This document shows positions 12,701-26,564 of a stretch of DNA of 64,000 nucleotides, one piece after another. The position numbers and the translations under genes are program-made. Source of the DNA: Nymphaea colorata (lineage: Eukaryota); the NCBI RefSeq assembly GCF_008831285.2, contig NC_045138.2, forward strand, positions 29,326,001 through 29,390,000, in the 5' to 3' direction. Numbering within the stretch: position 1 is the stretch's first letter; each line of letters opens with the position of its first letter. The notes beneath the pieces were generated by a model. The model saw nothing but the letters and a program-made list of their open reading frames with translations, ran no database searches and had not been told where the DNA came from.

Positions 12701-15304
12701 GAGCACCCACACCTGAACCCCTCTGTCAGGTCATGCTTAGGGTTGGAGATATAGATAGATCAATTGATTTTTACAAAAGGGTTAGTATTGTTCTATCGGC
12801 ATCTGATTGTGTAATATTATCCATTTGGTCAATCTTCTGTTCTTTTAACTAATACCCATCTCTGTGCATGATTTTGATAACCATGAAGGCTTTTGGTATG
12901 GAGCTTCTCCGTAAGCGTGATAATCCAGCGTACAAGGTACCTAAGCAGCAAACTATATGCTTGCCTATTTTTCCCATTAAGCCTACATACCTTTTGCTTA
13001 GTTCTTTCCATTCAGCCTACAGACTTTTGTGAGACAGGCTTTTTCATCTTCCCTGTTATTGGTTTGTTGATTTTGTCCTTTTGTGATGGTTATGTGCCAG
13101 TATACAATTGCCATGATGGGTTATGGACCTGAAGATAAAAATGCTGTACTAGAGTTGACATACAACTATGGGGTCACAGAATATGACAAAGGAAATGCCT
13201 ATGCACAGGTAATACATTGTTTGTAAACATGTTTATTTGATTGAAAAGATTAGAGAAATTTATGATCACTTCTGTGTTTGAGGCTTTGAGCAAATCAAAT
13301 GGTGTTCCTCCCTTGCTACTCTTTAGCTGGTATATTTGATGCTTGACATGACAAGTTTTCTTTTCTCACCTCACAACTTTAGTAGTCAGGTAATTAGTAT
13401 ATGAAGAATATTTTTTACTTATAAAACTGTAATGGGTAGTTGCTGTAAGAAATTCATTTGTTTCACAAAGTTAAATTTCAGCAGCAAGATTATGTCAGGA
13501 GTTTGATCGTTTTAGGTTCATTGTCTCACTGATGGTGTTATGGTTCTTCTAGAGTTGATTCTTACGGACTCAGGGTTTGTCAAAGTTGAGTCCTTGTAAC
13601 CTGGATGACTGATTTTTGAGTCACTGTGGGCCTGAGCATGGACTTGGAAGAGAACATGCATTGCCAAGTCAACCAAGATATATCGCTATGGGCTTATGAA
13701 GCCAAATAGGTCATGTTGCCTTGCGAGCTGATTCCTTGTGTTTGATTTTTTTCTTTTTTCTTTTTATGGGCTTTAAGTTAAATGGATGCATTGCCGATTG
13801 TGTAGTTTGACTTTTTATTCTTAGAATCTCAAATTTCTCTATCATTTACCCCCTGCCAATGATGTTTGCAGATTGCCATTGGCACAGATGATGTATATAA
13901 AACTGCAGAAGTGGTTAAACTTGCTGGGGGGAAAATTACACGTGAACCTGGGCCATTGCCAGGTATCAACACCAAAATCACTGCCTGCTTAGATCCTGAT
14001 GGTTGGAAGACGGTAATTCTCTTCTCTTCTTCACAGTTCACAGTTGTTCTATGTACATTAACCTGCTTTTCTCCTGTATAAAATTGATCATGTTGTGTTT
14101 TGAGTTCATATTTTGGTTAGTGATTCTGTTCATAGGGTTATGTTCCTTAGATGCAAAACTGGGATGATATGTAAGTTGCGATGGGATCATATCATCATGG
14201 GCACATATTTGCATTGAATTTGCATGAGAAAAGTTCAGATGCGGACACAATTATGCACCTTGTTCATGGCTATGCACATTGTCAGTTTGGAAAACTGAAA
14301 TCTTCTGATTGGGCCTATGCCTGGATGAACAACTTGATTTTGTGTTTGAAAATTGTTGAATGGTTGGAAAAGTAAGAATTTCTTTGTAATAACAGCCAGA
14401 CAAAAGTCGATTTAATGAAGTCTGGTAGATCTTGTGGATGGGTCACATATTATCAACCAAGCTTAAGATTTCTTATGTAAGGGAATTTTACTTGCAAGCC
14501 AAGATAGAGCCTTTGTTTCCTGTTTGGACATAGATGGGTGATATTGGTAATATCAGAACCATGTGACCTGGAGGTGAGTGCAGTCTCGACTTTTCATCCT
14601 TTTAAGCATTAATAAAACATGATAAACTTGTTGAATTTATGGTTCTTGTCTGAAGTTTTGGATTCTTGAATGGTATATGGTGCCCAACTTGTTTGATCAT
14701 ACCAATCTCAGATAGTCAGATTGTCTTTCAAGTCGTTGAAGACCAGATGTTCTCCCTGAGTGAGCATCCTTAAACTTTATAAAATCGTGTTATGCATATT
14801 ATCCATTTTTTAAAGGCCAAAGGTAGCAGAATGGAGAACGTGATGCCCCAATGTCGATGTCATTCTGATAGGTTACTGGTTAGATCATCTGTATGGTGAC
14901 GGAGTTAGTACTTGGTGTAAATGGATGGGCAAAGTTTGGAGTTTTGCCATTTCGTCAGTGTGGTCCTGTATGCTCAAGTGCTGACAGGGGCTGCCTGAGG
15001 ATGCTCCTAACTTCTGCCTTTCTGGAAGAGGTGACGGCCCCTGTATTAGCACCTTTTCACTCGGAAGCTCAATTAGTTTACTGTTAGACCAATCAATGCT
15101 CTTCTTTCAATGGTTCTCGTTCTCGGTACAGGAATGTTTTTCTATTTTACTTGGATAAAAAAATATGGAATGCCTTTACATAAATAATTTTGTTTAAATT
15201 TCTCAGAATCACTCAAATCGCGCTGATGTACATCTTTCTCAACTTCTGCATCTGCTTCTCAGGTGTTTGTTGATAATGAGGACTTTGCGAAGGAACTAGA
15301 ATGA
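9753..15304 (+). CDS. GLYI: Lactoylglutathione lyase (glyoxalase I), two-domain Ni-type, with plastid transit peptide
   Basis: 9 exons: 9753-9927 ([10 protein letters not shown].., Ser/Arg-rich transit peptide), 10756-10960 ([18 protein letters not shown]), 11041-11165, 11283-11347, 12568-12780 ([19 protein letters not shown]), 12889-12936, 13101-13208, 13872-14012 (DPDGWKT), 15263-15304 ([13 protein letters not shown]). Confidence 0.96.
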
Positions 15305-16326
15305 GGAGAGCAGTGGAAATACTGAGTAGTTGGCAAAGAGCCGCTGCAATGCTCGTCCATTCTTTTTGTCACCCCAATCGGCGTTCCTCGCTAATTGTTC
15401 TCAGAAGAGTGGAACTCATGAAGTTCATATTATATAAATAGCCCTCTTCCCAGTTGTCTCTGTAAATCAGGAAATAAGCTTAGGCCTCTCTCTCTCATTT
15501 CTGTAGGCATGCCAGATGTATCTTTTTCCCTGAATGTGTTATTAATGTGCATTCCTTTATACTCCAGCTACTCTTTTTTTTTTATACAAAAGCAACAATA
15601 ATTTTCATGAATATTTTACAGAAGAGCGCTCGTATTCCTAAGTACTTGCAAGTCGCTAAAAAACTCATATTGGAAAAAAAATCATGCATCAATTACAAGC
15701 TATGAGGCAATTCACTGAATTTCGAAATAGCAAAAGCATGTTCATGTTGGAAATTTTACATTCATTAATCAAATTAGATGGGAATCTTTTACGTTAACTA
15801 GTGCATCGGTGACACAACATATTCTCTTTTCATGTCCATTATGAACTTACACTCTGGAGAAGCGCAAGATGGAACGACTTGATAAGGGGTTATGAAAGGA
15901 TTTTTTGTTTTCTGGTTCTAACTTATGTTTATTCTTAGTGTGAACGATATTGATGCGTGTCAGACTCGAGTGCAACCGACATGACATCTTCCAATTAGGG
16001 AATCGCCGATTTAAGTAATATAAGTCGGTTAAACCCTGTCTCGACTTGTTTTGAAATAAAAACAATAATAAATAATTAACTTAAAAATAATTTAAAGTGG
16101 CTGGTATATATTGTTGACTTCATTCTGAGGCGTACGACGACAAGGAGGTTCCGGAGACGAGACAAATGACAAAACGTGCTTATGTGTGCGGTTGTGTGTA
16201 ATTCTTGGAATAATGGAATGACTTTCTCCAAATTACCTTGCTATTAAACGGCATAGACAGCCGTTCCCTCCCGCTGCCGCCGTCACCTCCTCCTCTTCTC
16301 TCTCACACAGACACTCTTCAGGAGCG

Positions 16327-18872
16327 ATGCCAGACGAGGAAAAGCAGGAGATTAAGAAGAGAAAACAGGGTCCCGGGTTCATCTATGGGAATTACAATCG
16401 GTATTACGGCTACCGAGTGAGTACCCACCGCTTCTTTCCTTTTGTTTCCTTCACTTCAGCGTTCCCCGTTTTCTCAATGCTTCCCTTTTCCCCATCTTTA
16501 TCATTTTTGCAAAAGAAAGAAATGAAACTGAGAGATGGGAAAGGCTTCTTTCTTTTTTCTGACGTTGTTAAGGAAACTTCTTCCTTTCGTTCAGTCGTTT
16601 TCCTTATTCTTCGGGCTCCTACTTCAAAATTTCCCAGCTTATTTAAGTCATAGTTTTTTTTTTTATCCCATAGCATCGGTATTTGGTCCTTCCTACCATG
16701 CCATTCAAGGACAAGAAAAAATCCCTTCGCTGCTTCAACGAGCAAAACTGAGAACATTGTCTGTTTCGAATCGAAAGTAGTTTTTATTGTTTTCAAACTT
16801 ATCACAATCAGTTAGAATTGCAAGCCTTGAACTTCCTTCAAACAATATTACATAATCTTATGCATCAGCCGTTGACAACAGAAGATGCACAAATAGGGCG
16901 AAAGCAGAAACAGTTATTTTTACGAACATGGTGACTCATTTGGTTGATAATGAATGGCTTAGTTCCCAACTGAGATTTGTTGTTTTAAGTGCGTGGTTGT
17001 CTTTTACAGATGAACTACCGATCCTTGTTTCATGAGCTATGGAATAGGTTATAGAATAATGCATTTGGGAAGTTTACAGATGTATGAGTTTCCTGGTTTT
17101 GGTGGTTGACTGAATGTGCACTTGCCATTTGTCCACTGTATATTCTTCAGGTCAACAACAAATCAAAAGAAGATCCTAGACTGAGCGTGATGAAGAGGGA
17201 ATGGTTTGAAAACAAGGACTGCCTTGATATTGGATGCAATGAAGGTGTGATTACTATTGATATAGGTAATGTGGTGAAACATTAGTCTCATTTCGCTGTG
17301 CATCTGAGAGATTTAACCTTCATGTATATTGTGTTTCCTAGTTGCATCGTGTTCTGTCTTTTTTCATTCAGTAGCTTATTTTTTACATGTGACTGTGTGT
17401 CCTCCGACTAGTGAGTGGACCAATTTTAAGATCGTTTTCTAACTAGACTGTTTGTTATAATATTTTCATCTGTTTATTTGAATTATATATATTTGCAATC
17501 AACGTAGCAAACAGAAAAGACTTACATGTTTTCATCATTTATTTCAACCATTGTTAGGATCAAGTTTCAAGTTTCCTGCAGTAAGGTAGGCAGTATTTGT
17601 GTTTTTGTCCTTTTCTATGGTCAAGTTTCCTTCAAATTTGTGGAATCTGTACCACATTGTGTTCTTGAAGTATCTCACTTTATTGTAGTTCATTCAGTGA
17701 AGTGCTTGAGTTTCAACATATGCCAAGACAAAACTTTGACCCTTTTTGATGACTAGCTAAATCTAACTTAGTTATTTTATGGCTATTAGCTTGTAAATAA
17801 TGTTCTGTCATTGACTTACGTGCAGCACAGAAGTTCTCTTGCCGAAGAATCCTTGGAGTAGATATTGATAATAGTAAGATCCTCGAACACTTGTTCTCTT
17901 TCCCTAGCTAGTAACTGTTTCACAAACCAGGCTTCACTTGGTTCCTGACATAGTTTTACCCAGAAGTTCTCTTGCATGGGTAAATCTCAAAATGTTTGTA
18001 AAAGATATTATAGTTGACAAATCTTCAGGTAATATTGATAATGTAAAGTTTTAAGATACATAAAATACAACGAGACCATTAAAAAAGTGAAAACTTACAA
18101 ACTGAAAAAAATATTGATATTCATTGGTAACATTTCTTTATCTGTGGAGCAAGCGAGTTTCAAAATGTCATGATTTGTGGGGATTATATGCCATTTTGAA
18201 TCTATCGCATGATAAGAATCCTAGCAATTTTGACAAATTTAAGCATCTATCCTGTGTTTACTAAGTGACCCTTGGGTACCTGTCCACCATTTCTATTTGC
18301 TATTTGCTGATGAATGTTTATCATAACGTGGTCAATGCATGTGGAGAGATCATGTATGATAACGAGCTATATTGGATGCTGAGATAAGCAGAATATTGTT
18401 GTCTTGTTGCAAATGTAGATACAACAGATTAACTAGATTATAGTGAAGTTTGGGATTTTTGGATGGGATGTCATTTTCAATTCAATGCATTGTCTGTATA
18501 GGCATCAAATATACACGTGTGTGTGTGTGTGTGTGTGTGTGTGCATGCTTGTTGATCATGGGTTTAAGTTGTGGAATACCATGTTCAAGATCCTTGTACT
18601 TTTTCGCGTTCTCTCCTAGATTCATAAAGTTCAACCTATGCTATCAAGGCTCACCTAGGCTTGTGCCCAGGCTCCACCAATATCCTCAGGCTTAGTTGGT
18701 TTTGGCAACCTATTACTTGAAAATGCCTAGAACATGCCTGGTCGCCTAGGTGCTCAATAGCCTGGTTTTTTCTCTTTGACAACCTAATTCCTATGTCACA
18801 TGGGTGCAAGGTGCAGGTACCGGTGCGGGATGTGGCAAGTTCAAAAAAAAATTGGGTGCGGGTGCAGTGAGA

Positions 18873-18924
<52 letters not shown>

Positions 18925-20927
18925 GTTGTTTGTTATATAAGTAATTTTATTTGTTTATATTTTTAAACTTTTTTTTTTATGAAGGTTACCTTAATCTCAT
19001 ACAAAATTCAAAGTTTTATTAAATAAAATAAGGGAGGAGAGAGAGGAGAAGGAAAAAAGAAGAGGGAAAGACAGAAGAAGGAAAAAAATGAAAAAAAAAA
19101 CAAGAGAAAAGAAGAAAGGATGCGGTTAGCAGCACCTGATCCGGTTTGACCTAGTCGGGTGCTGTGTTGGACCGCACCTGCACCGACGGGGGGTCACCAT
19201 ATTTGGCGCCCTGTGTGACTTAGCCTAATTCTTGGTCCCTTTTTCTCTTGAGACAATCTTGTTCTTGTATTTTTTTTTCACAGTTTTTGTTGTTGCATTT
19301 GATTTTGCATTAAAGGTAAGTGTATTGTGTATGTGTGTGTATACACACCTATAGTTATAAATGTATACCATTAACTTTGAACATTTGTATGTTATTTGGG
19401 TTTCTAACTTTGCATATATCTGTGTTATCTCGTTACTACTTTCTCTTGTTTGTTAGAATTATAATAGAAGACAATTTTACATGATATTGACATGAAAGAT
19501 GTGATTATAAAGGATTTATTCTCTCTCTCTCTCTCTCTCTCTCTTTTATTTTAGCATTTTAGTTTTTGAAATTAGAGTTAGAGACTAGCAGTTGGCAACA
19601 TGGCATTAGGAAATGTAAAGATTTTGTGTGGTTTATAACAGTGAAGAATATAGATATTTACTTGTAAGTTTATTTTGTAATGCCATATAACTTGGATTAA
19701 TTGTTCACCTTCATTAAAATTGACTTTTCAAACCTTTAGTGCTTATTATTCATGTAATAAAATGTTTAATGTGTTTGTGTTGTTGTGCATTTAATATTGT
19801 TATTGGTATAAATTGATAGTGTTAGATTCTTCTTCAAGGAATGCTTCTGTTTTATTGTCAATTTACTGTATTTTATTGGTTTCCATGAAGGAATCACATT
19901 ATGCACAGTCTGCCTAGTCTCGCTTGTGTTGTAGAATGTAGTCATCTAACCACCTAGGCTGTTTTTAATTCGACAATATATATATATATATATATATAGG
20001 AGGATCCTATTCTGCCATGTTCTGGATGTTGTTAGATGACTACAAATTGAAAATTCATTGTCTGCAAGCACCATGAACCGTTGCTAAAAGCACCATGAAT
20101 CGTTGTTGCATGAAAGAGGAATGAGTAAGGAAGGTGAGGTTTTACAATCTCACGCAGCCCATTTATATAATGACCCTTCTACATAATTTACAAGAATCTA
20201 AAATAAAGCAATCACAATAATCTAGAATCTAGACTGAAACAAATACAATAATCTAGAGTCTAGAATGAAACAGTTAAAAAATTACAATCATGACCCTGCC
20301 TAGATAAATATGATCAGACATAGTTAGACGTGTTGGATCTGGATCAGATTAGATCCAAGTTCCAACATGTTATCAACCATTGCTAATGGTCATGTGATGG
20401 CTTTTTTTAATGATAGATTTTAATTTTTTGTTATCCGACAACATCTGACACATGGCAACATATAACTCATATATATATAACTATATATATATTTCTTTAC
20501 TTGAACAATTTTATATTATTTTAACACACTATATGCGACTTTATATATGTAGTCATACATAACTAGTATTATATATATATAGATATATATGTGTGTGTGT
20601 GTGTGTGAAAATGGGTAGGACCTTTATATGTCAAACTTGATGAGAATTGTCCGGGCTGTTGATTTTAATAAGATCAAATGGAGGATATTAAGTTGGAAAA
20701 AATGAAAACCTAGTTGTAATTTTTAGGGACTAAAATACCCCTCAAATGAGGCAAGGGGTCTCGATTAAGGAAACTCATTCCTTTTTTTTTTATTGAGTAT
20801 TTCAGTATGCTAAAAATATAACCGTGTTTTCATTTTAGTTAACTTAATCTCCACTATGATATTGTTAAATTCAACAGCCCAAACAATTTCCATCAAATTT
20901 GGCATATGAGGGGTCTGCTAGCTACCC

Positions 20928-20978
<51 letters not shown>

Positions 20979-22961
20979 ATATTGTTAAAATCAACAGCCC
21001 AAACAATTTCCATCAAATTTGGCATATGAGGGGTCTGCTAGCTACCCACATATATATACAGAAAAGTCTAAGGTGGATGAGGAATTAAATCAACAATTTT
21101 TTTTTTTCCTGAACATCAATAAACTGTTTTTTTATCTTGGATTTCGTTTGAAGGCATAAACAACTGGTGCACCATGACATATCCTGTGTGTCCTATCTGC
21201 ATCCGATCCAAACAAGTTTTCTCATGTTCGCAGGTTTAGTGGCAATGGCATGGAGAAACCTTAAAATAGTGGCATCAGCATCAGACAACTGTCAAAAAGA
21301 TGCAGCAGGATTGCAGAATTTTCCTAATGGTTCGTCTGATGGTAAGAAAAAGCCATCTGTTTCCAGGAGAAGGGGCTTGTTAGAGAAAGTTTCATTTGAA
21401 TCAGGAAACTTTTTGGAGGATTTGTGTCCTGGCAAAGAGAAGTACGATACCATTCTTTGGTAAGCGATGCTGTTCTATCTATTATGATAATCTCCTTCAG
21501 AGACTATTTCATGTTTCTCATTGAAAAGTTGTGTATTTTTTTATGTTGTTTAGACTTATTTTTTAACAAAGTCCTTTCCTTTTACAATCAGTTTGAGTGT
21601 TACAAAGTGGATCCACCTAAATTGGGGGGATGATGGACTGACGACATTATTTTCCAAGATTTGGCAATTACTTCGACCGGTACTTTTTTCTGCTCTGAAT
21701 AGTTTATCAGACGTTCTCTAGTTAAGATGAAATCATCTTGGATTCCTTTGAAGTTGTAGAACTCTCAAGTGATGCTCTCTGTTTTATTGTTATCAGGGTG
21801 GCATTCTTTTGTTGGAGCCCCAACCTTGGAAGTCATATGAGAGCAAACGTCGTGTATCGGAGGTGAGCTTCTTAATTCGTAGCCTTCTGATGCTTTCTGT
21901 GCCATGCCGATTGTGCTGTAGGGATCTGGCCTTAGCTGTGAAAGTAACCCTTGAAGTTGAACGTGCTAAATTTTTGAGAAATGTCTGGCTGTAGATCTAG
22001 GCTAGAAGTTAGAACTTAGAACCAATCTTTGGTTACAAATGTCTCAAGTGGACAGACGAAGTGATGGCGACAAGGGTCACCAGGACGTTTTTCCTAGCGT
22101 TATAATTTGATATACCGTCATTGTAGTTTCATTCATTTTGCCATTTGATTTACAGTATAATTTGGAGATTGTCCAATCATAGGTTAGTGAGTAGTGAGAA
22201 TTAAGTTCAATATATAGAAAGTCAGAAGAATTTGCCCTTCTATTCCTATAAAGTACTGAAATACGGGTTCCATACTTCTCTGTTCCTGTGTATTTCTTTC
22301 TGTATCCTTACTAATGCCCGTTTCTTTTGTTTCTTATATCTGAAAGAACACTGATTACCTTCCTGCTCACGTTGAGGATGGACCAAGTAGTTTTGACTTC
22401 TATCTTGTTCTTTCTAACTAGGCCATTTGCGTTTGGCATAAAATATATTGCATCACTATCTTCGCTTTGAGAGTATGCCACCTTATCATGTGACGCTGCT
22501 ACCAATGATTTATTTTGTATTCTCAAGTTTCTTGACTTTATCTAGAAATAAAAAGGAAAAAGTTAGTTCCGTGTTATTGTCTATGGGAACATAATTTTTA
22601 CGTATCATCTATTTCAGGTGACATCGTCGTATTTTGGTTCAATAAGATTCAGCCCGGATCTCTTCCCCGACATTCTTCTTGACAAGGTATACTGTGCGCC
22701 CATGTCCTGAATATGTTCGTTTCTTGAACATGGTATCTGAATTTGACCGAAAATTCATGCTTTCACTTTAGATGTTCATTTCATGAAAATGATATCAAAA
22801 TTTGCTCCCAATTCATGGTTTGTTTGAAGCTTAACATCAAGTATGGATCACACTTTTTTAAATTTGTGCAGATAGGCTTCAGGACAATGGAGACTATTAG
22901 CAACAACTTACCAGGTACAGTTGCTGGATTCAACCGACCAATTTATATTTATACCAAGTGA
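16327..22961 (+). CDS. Bin3/MEPCE-type SAM-dependent RNA methyltransferase (methylphosphate capping enzyme homologue)
   Basis: Exons 16327-16416 (YGNYNRYYGYR), 17151-17265 (DPRL..CLDIGCNEG), 17826-17873 (ILGVDID), 21234-21459, 21592-21679 (LSVTKWIHLNWGDDGL), 21797-21862 (LEPQPWKSY), 22618-22686, 22872-22961 (GFNRPIYIYTK*). Confidence 0.95.
18791..19223. mobile_element. Complete hAT-type MITE with 8-bp target site duplication
   Basis: Imperfect TIRs ctatgtcacatggg / ccctgtgtgacttag; exact flanking repeat cctaattc at 18783-18790 and 19224-19231; internal (TA)n. Confidence 0.88.
19999..20470. mobile_element. TA-microsatellite-embedded MITE with long imperfect TIRs and a nested solo-LTR-like insert (20104-20367)
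   Basis: tgccatgttctggatgttgttagatgac near the left end is inverse-similar to gttatccgacaacatctgacacatggca near the right end; (TA)n on both sides; insert is bounded by tgttg...caaca and contains atttatataa. Confidence 0.65.
20610..21050. mobile_element. Second TA-microsatellite-associated MITE (20610-20930) with a duplicated right terminus (20976-21050)
   Basis: atgggtag..tatgtcaaacttgatgagaattgtccgggctgttga is inverse-similar to tcaacagcccaaacaatttccatcaaatttggcata..ctacccat; the latter occurs twice, separated by (TA)n. Confidence 0.75.
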
Positions 22962-25354
22962 ATTAACATGTAAAAGAGTGCTAAAAGCCTAAAAAAAAGT
23001 TTCAACCCTCCCTTATGTAAATGAAAAAATTTTGTTTATTTTTCTCTCCAGACGACAGTGGGCGTTCATTTTGTTCCACCATTTTTTTTGTGAATCTTAT
23101 TGCTAAAAGTGGAAATTTGATATCTGTTATTCATCAATCGCCAGTGAATATAATTTCTTTCTGCACGAGAATGATTAGCTTTTGAAAGAGTTAAAAACAC
23201 TCTCTAAGATGCTTTTGTATTTAAGTGCTTTGAAGGGCGGCAGAAACACACTTGCGTTTGAATGTTTCATTTATGATTTAACCGCCTGAATTAGTACAAA
23301 ATAGGCCTTTGAAGTTGGCTGCCTTTTTCATAAAAAAATTTAAACATTACCTGTTTGGTCTTCAAGTATTGCAACCCAATGTCGGCCATTGGAGTGTAAA
23401 CAAAATAAGCATTAATTGTTTATTAAAATATGTTAATATAATCATTCGCTAATATTTAAATAAAAATAAAAAAAGCCCGACATGGCCTAAATGCAAGCCA
23501 ATGTGTATCGGGTGATGGTGAGTCGGATTTTGAGGATTCTGATACGGGACGGAGACGCAAACAAGTCTCTTCGAAGACATCCGATAAAATTGCCTAGCAG
23601 AAGCCACAAACTTTTGAAGGGTAAACTTTTGACCATTTAACCATCTAAAATTGCAGATAAAGGACGCTACTGATACGAGCAAATAGATGAAACGTTTCAA
23701 CTTAAGCTGGCCTTTATAATACAATCAAAATTTGGGTGCTAATTGAAATTTTATAAAAATATCTTTAACATTGAAGCGATACAAAAAAACATGCCTAAGC
23801 TTCCATTTAATTACAATGACGTGGTTAAATAAACTCGTGTTTGGAGGTTTCAATTGTTTAGCTAATAAATTTGATGTCATAATTAATAAACCATAGACAG
23901 GTTTTTTCATCCTCTCGCTCTAACTAGCTTGTTCGCTATCTTGAATTGCATTCCAAATTAGTTTAAAACCGACCAGTGCATAGAGGGTTTGTTGGCTGAT
24001 GATGGTTCCGGTATTGACTTTGACCATTGGGAGCCGGGTCGGCGAAGTGACCCTAAAGAGCTGACCCAGTGGGCTCCTAAATCCTCGCCGGCCGATACGG
24101 TCCGCACGCGACGTGGATTGACCTGCCCCGGGACGCGCGTCCCATGTCCATTGGGCGACAGAGCCCTCCGCGTGCTCGACTCTTCTCGCTCGCTGCTGCG
24201 CCGGCGTGCGATGGCGTCGCGGAATCGTACAGTCGGGCACGCGCGCATTCAAGCGGCCTCACCGCCACCCAAACTCCACGCCAATGGTTATGGGTTGGCC
24301 CATTGACAAGCACTAAATTACGAAAGGCCCACCCATCGTCGGATTCACCGTCCACGTTCGGATCCGTGTTCAGAAGAGCGAATAAGAGGATCTTCTTCTC
24401 TGTCGGACAAGGGTCCAGGAAGGGCAATTCGGTCATGTTGCGGTGTCGCGGTTCAAGGGCCTCGTCCTTTTTATTTTTATTTGGCAGATCTGATCTGATG
24501 CTCTGATGGGATTGGTGGATCTCGGAGCAGACTTCCTTCTGGGAAGCTCTACGAAAGGACGGAGATGCCCTTCTATGACAACCCGTACGTTTTCATCACG
24601 CGTACTCACGAACTGAGGGTATTATGGGGAAGCGAGCCTCCTCTCGTGGCCCTCGATCTTCGGCTCCCCCCAACTTACGAACTCAGTGTGCCATTATTTA
24701 TTACAAGGAACAAGAAGGCGTCCCTTGTTCCACAGTCAACATGTTACATTCTGCTGCTTCAAGAATGTTGCGTCTGAAATTGGATCGCTACTATTATCCG
24801 GACAGGCTCAGATCCGCATGCGAATCGAGGTGGATCCGTTGGCGCATTTTGGTTGTAAGCTCGTACATCCAGATTGTGTCACGAAAAGTATCGGATTTCG
24901 AAGTGCGGAATAAATTTGATCCACTTTTAGTTTTGGATCCTGAGGATGCACGTAAAACGATGGACACTGCCTGTAGTAAGATTAGAGACTCGCTAGCTTC
25001 CGACCGGAGGGGAGCTCCGTCTTTTTTCCTTTTGCCGGTCGGAGGCGGAGCGACAGAGGGGAGCAAAGGGCTGCGAAGGACGAAGAGGAGGCTGTGTCTG
25101 CTTCGCCGTACGACCTGCTAGAATCGCGGGGATGGGGAGAGGGAGGGAGGAGGGTACGGGCAGCAGGTGCTCGCGTGGTGGCGCAGAGTGCGGGTAGATG
25201 GCGGATCTTGGGACGTACGATTCCGCTTCTCGAATTGGGTCGCCCTCAGTTCCTCAGCTAGTTCGATCGATCGCCGTTTTGCTCTCCCTTTCTCTTTCTC
25301 TCTCCCTGTCTCTCTCTCAGCCTCTCGTCAGGCCTGAGGCTGTAGGAGGCAGCC

Positions 25355-25365
25355 ATATTTATAAC
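25355..25365 (+). promoter_or_regulatory. Probable TATA box of the SAC51-like gene
   Basis: atatttataa followed by a CT-rich leader and a donor-like ctg/gtactt near 25494. Confidence 0.45.
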
Positions 25366-26564
25366 AGCTGAGTGGTGGGAGCTCTCTCTCTCTCTCTCTG
25401 TCTGCCCATTGGTCGTCTGGTCGTCTCGTCTCGCGGAGGAAGACGCCTTCTTCCTAGACTCCCTTCTTCGACGTCCCTCCTCCAATCTCTCTGGTACTTT
25501 ATATACTTCTGGTTAGTTTCCATAGCCTTGATTATTAGTCTGTTGATTTCAGCGTCCTCGTCCTCATCATCGTCATCTCTCTCTTTCTCTTGGACTTTGG
25601 GAGCCAACTTGCCTTTTGAAAAAAAAAAGATTTAAATGAAAATGAAGAAGGGAGGCGCCGGTTTGCCGCTTTATTGAAACTTCCTGTTTGAGAATATCTT
25701 TGCTGTAGTCTCTTGCTTTCTAGTATCTTTCTCTCTCTCCCTCTCTCTTTGTGTGCTTGTGATGCCGCTTTTTTTCTTGGTTGCTTTTGCCTAGTGTAAG
25801 CAATTTTTAACTTCCTACTTTACATGTTCTTTTTCTTCTTCTAGTCATGCAGTCTCTGATCAGTTTCTTTTTCTGTTTCTATCAAACGTTTAGTTTTGAA
25901 TTCTTGTGCCTTCATTTGGTAGTGTTGCGTAGCAGATGTTAGTGTAACGAAGCCTCTGCTGCCCATCGCCGATTCTCCTCTTATCGTCTTCTTAGTCTCC
26001 CACCGTTTACTTCATAGAAGCCAACATTTTTTTTCTTTCTTCCTCTCGAAATTGGCAGACGGAGTTACAAGTGTTGAACAGTCCCATGTAGTCGTGCATG
26101 TTCGATTTTCGTTCCTTGTTACGATTTCAGACTTGAGAATAACGGAACAGTAAGGATCATAACTTACTACTGTTGTTCATTAAAACGTTACTATTGAAAT
26201 ATTAACATCATTACTTTTGATGTGCGGGCTACGGGATGTTGACCAAACGATGCCTCTGGGATTCGAACCGGCCGGTCCTTTTCGCTCGCATGGCTGCTGT
26301 TGAGTTGTTGTCTGCTGAATATCTAATCATTCTTCTTTTCCCATCCCTCGCGTGGATCCTAGTAACAGACAAGCTTTCTGCAACTTCATTTCCCTTATCC
26401 CCAAAAAAATTGTTTCTTTTTCTCCATTGCTTTCTTTTCCAGGTACAAATATCGAGTTGCTCTATTTGACTCGTTTTTTTTAGTACTTCGTTTCTGTTCT
26501 TTTCGAGTAGTTTTTTCTTCGTTTGTTGTTTTCAAGTGTCTTCTCTGTACGAGCAATCTTGGCC

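Noticed and set aside
23920..25121. Several overlapping 96-165 aa ORFs on both strands
   Set aside because: Expected by chance in GC-rich sequence; no domain signatures or consistent exon structure
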